A DNA stretch of 50,637 nucleotides from a virus: the IMG/VR virus record IMGVR_UViG_3300027800_000005. One strand, 5' to 3'. The notes beneath the pieces were generated by a model. The model was not told the origin of the DNA. It saw only the letters and a program-made list of their open reading frames with translations, and searched no databases. The translations under genes were made by a program, and so were the position numbers. Positions 50,511-50,637 of the stretch are shown piece after piece; position 1 is the stretch's first letter; each line of letters starts with the position of its first letter.

Positions 50511-50637
50511 GGGGGGTAGACATGGCAGAGTTAGATGGACGTTGGGTAACGATGAACGGAGCCAGAGTATTTATCAATTCAAAGGGCGATGTTATTATGG
50601 GCCTCGGTAAAAGCTACCATACTAAAAAACTTAATGA
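50511..50637. repeat. Terminal overlap copy 2. It re-reads the RBS and first 116 nt of the ORF starting at 12.
   Basis: Exact identity to 1-127. The ATG at 50522 corresponds to the ATG at 12. Confidence 0.95.

Noticed and set aside
1-50637. A lysogeny module (integrase, CI/Cro-type repressors, attP) or known defence/anti-defence islands.
   Set aside because: No tyrosine or serine recombinase motifs and no divergently transcribed repressor pair were seen. All genes run in one direction, which is consistent with a lytic lifestyle, although small unknown early ORFs could still hide regulators.

Overview
The window is a complete, circularly assembled tailed dsDNA phage genome. The unit length is 50,510 bp, because bases 1-127 are repeated exactly at 50511-50637. 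All credible genes are on the + strand. RBSs are strong AGGAGG types and there are at least ten near-consensus sigma-70/SigA promoters (TTGACA, 17 bp spacer, TGnTAYAAT), which fits a Bacillota-infecting siphovirus-like phage. I found no integrase, repressor, tRNA or CRISPR array.

Gene order around the circle:
- Packaging: terS, a 3D-domain protein, terL, dCMP deaminase, an HTH protein, portal.
- Five paralogous genes sharing a roughly 30-aa N-terminal leader (MAELDGRWVTMNGAKVFI..GDVI.GLG) fused to different C-terminal domains. One of these domains is a clear R-S-EXE ADP-ribosyltransferase.
- Head and tail: MuF-like minor head protein, scaffold, major capsid (Big_2 tail), connectors, major tail, chaperones, tape measure, an 1866-aa multi-domain tail-tip protein, receptor-binding paralogs.
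- Lysis: endolysin and holin.
- Early/replication region: ATP ligase, primase, gp32-like SSB, MazG, deoxyribosyltransferase, HD hydrolase, ThyX-like protein, dNMP kinase, DnaE-type polymerase, RecA, Cas4-like nuclease, RuvC-like resolvase, AAA+ ATPase, glycosyltransferase.

Most interesting observations:
1. Three hammerhead-ribozyme candidates lie in the early region: two covarying stem-II-open copies at 21426-21481 and 25219-25272, and one stem-I-open copy at 41069-41143. Each closes a repeated unit of consensus promoter, 5' hairpin, conserved RBS, small ORF(s), then ribozyme.
2. The leader-sharing effector gene family sits between portal and MuF.
3. A T4-like nucleotide-pool toolkit plus a glycosyltransferase suggests modified DNA or glycosylated virions.

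All functional calls come from motif reading by eye. No database search was run.
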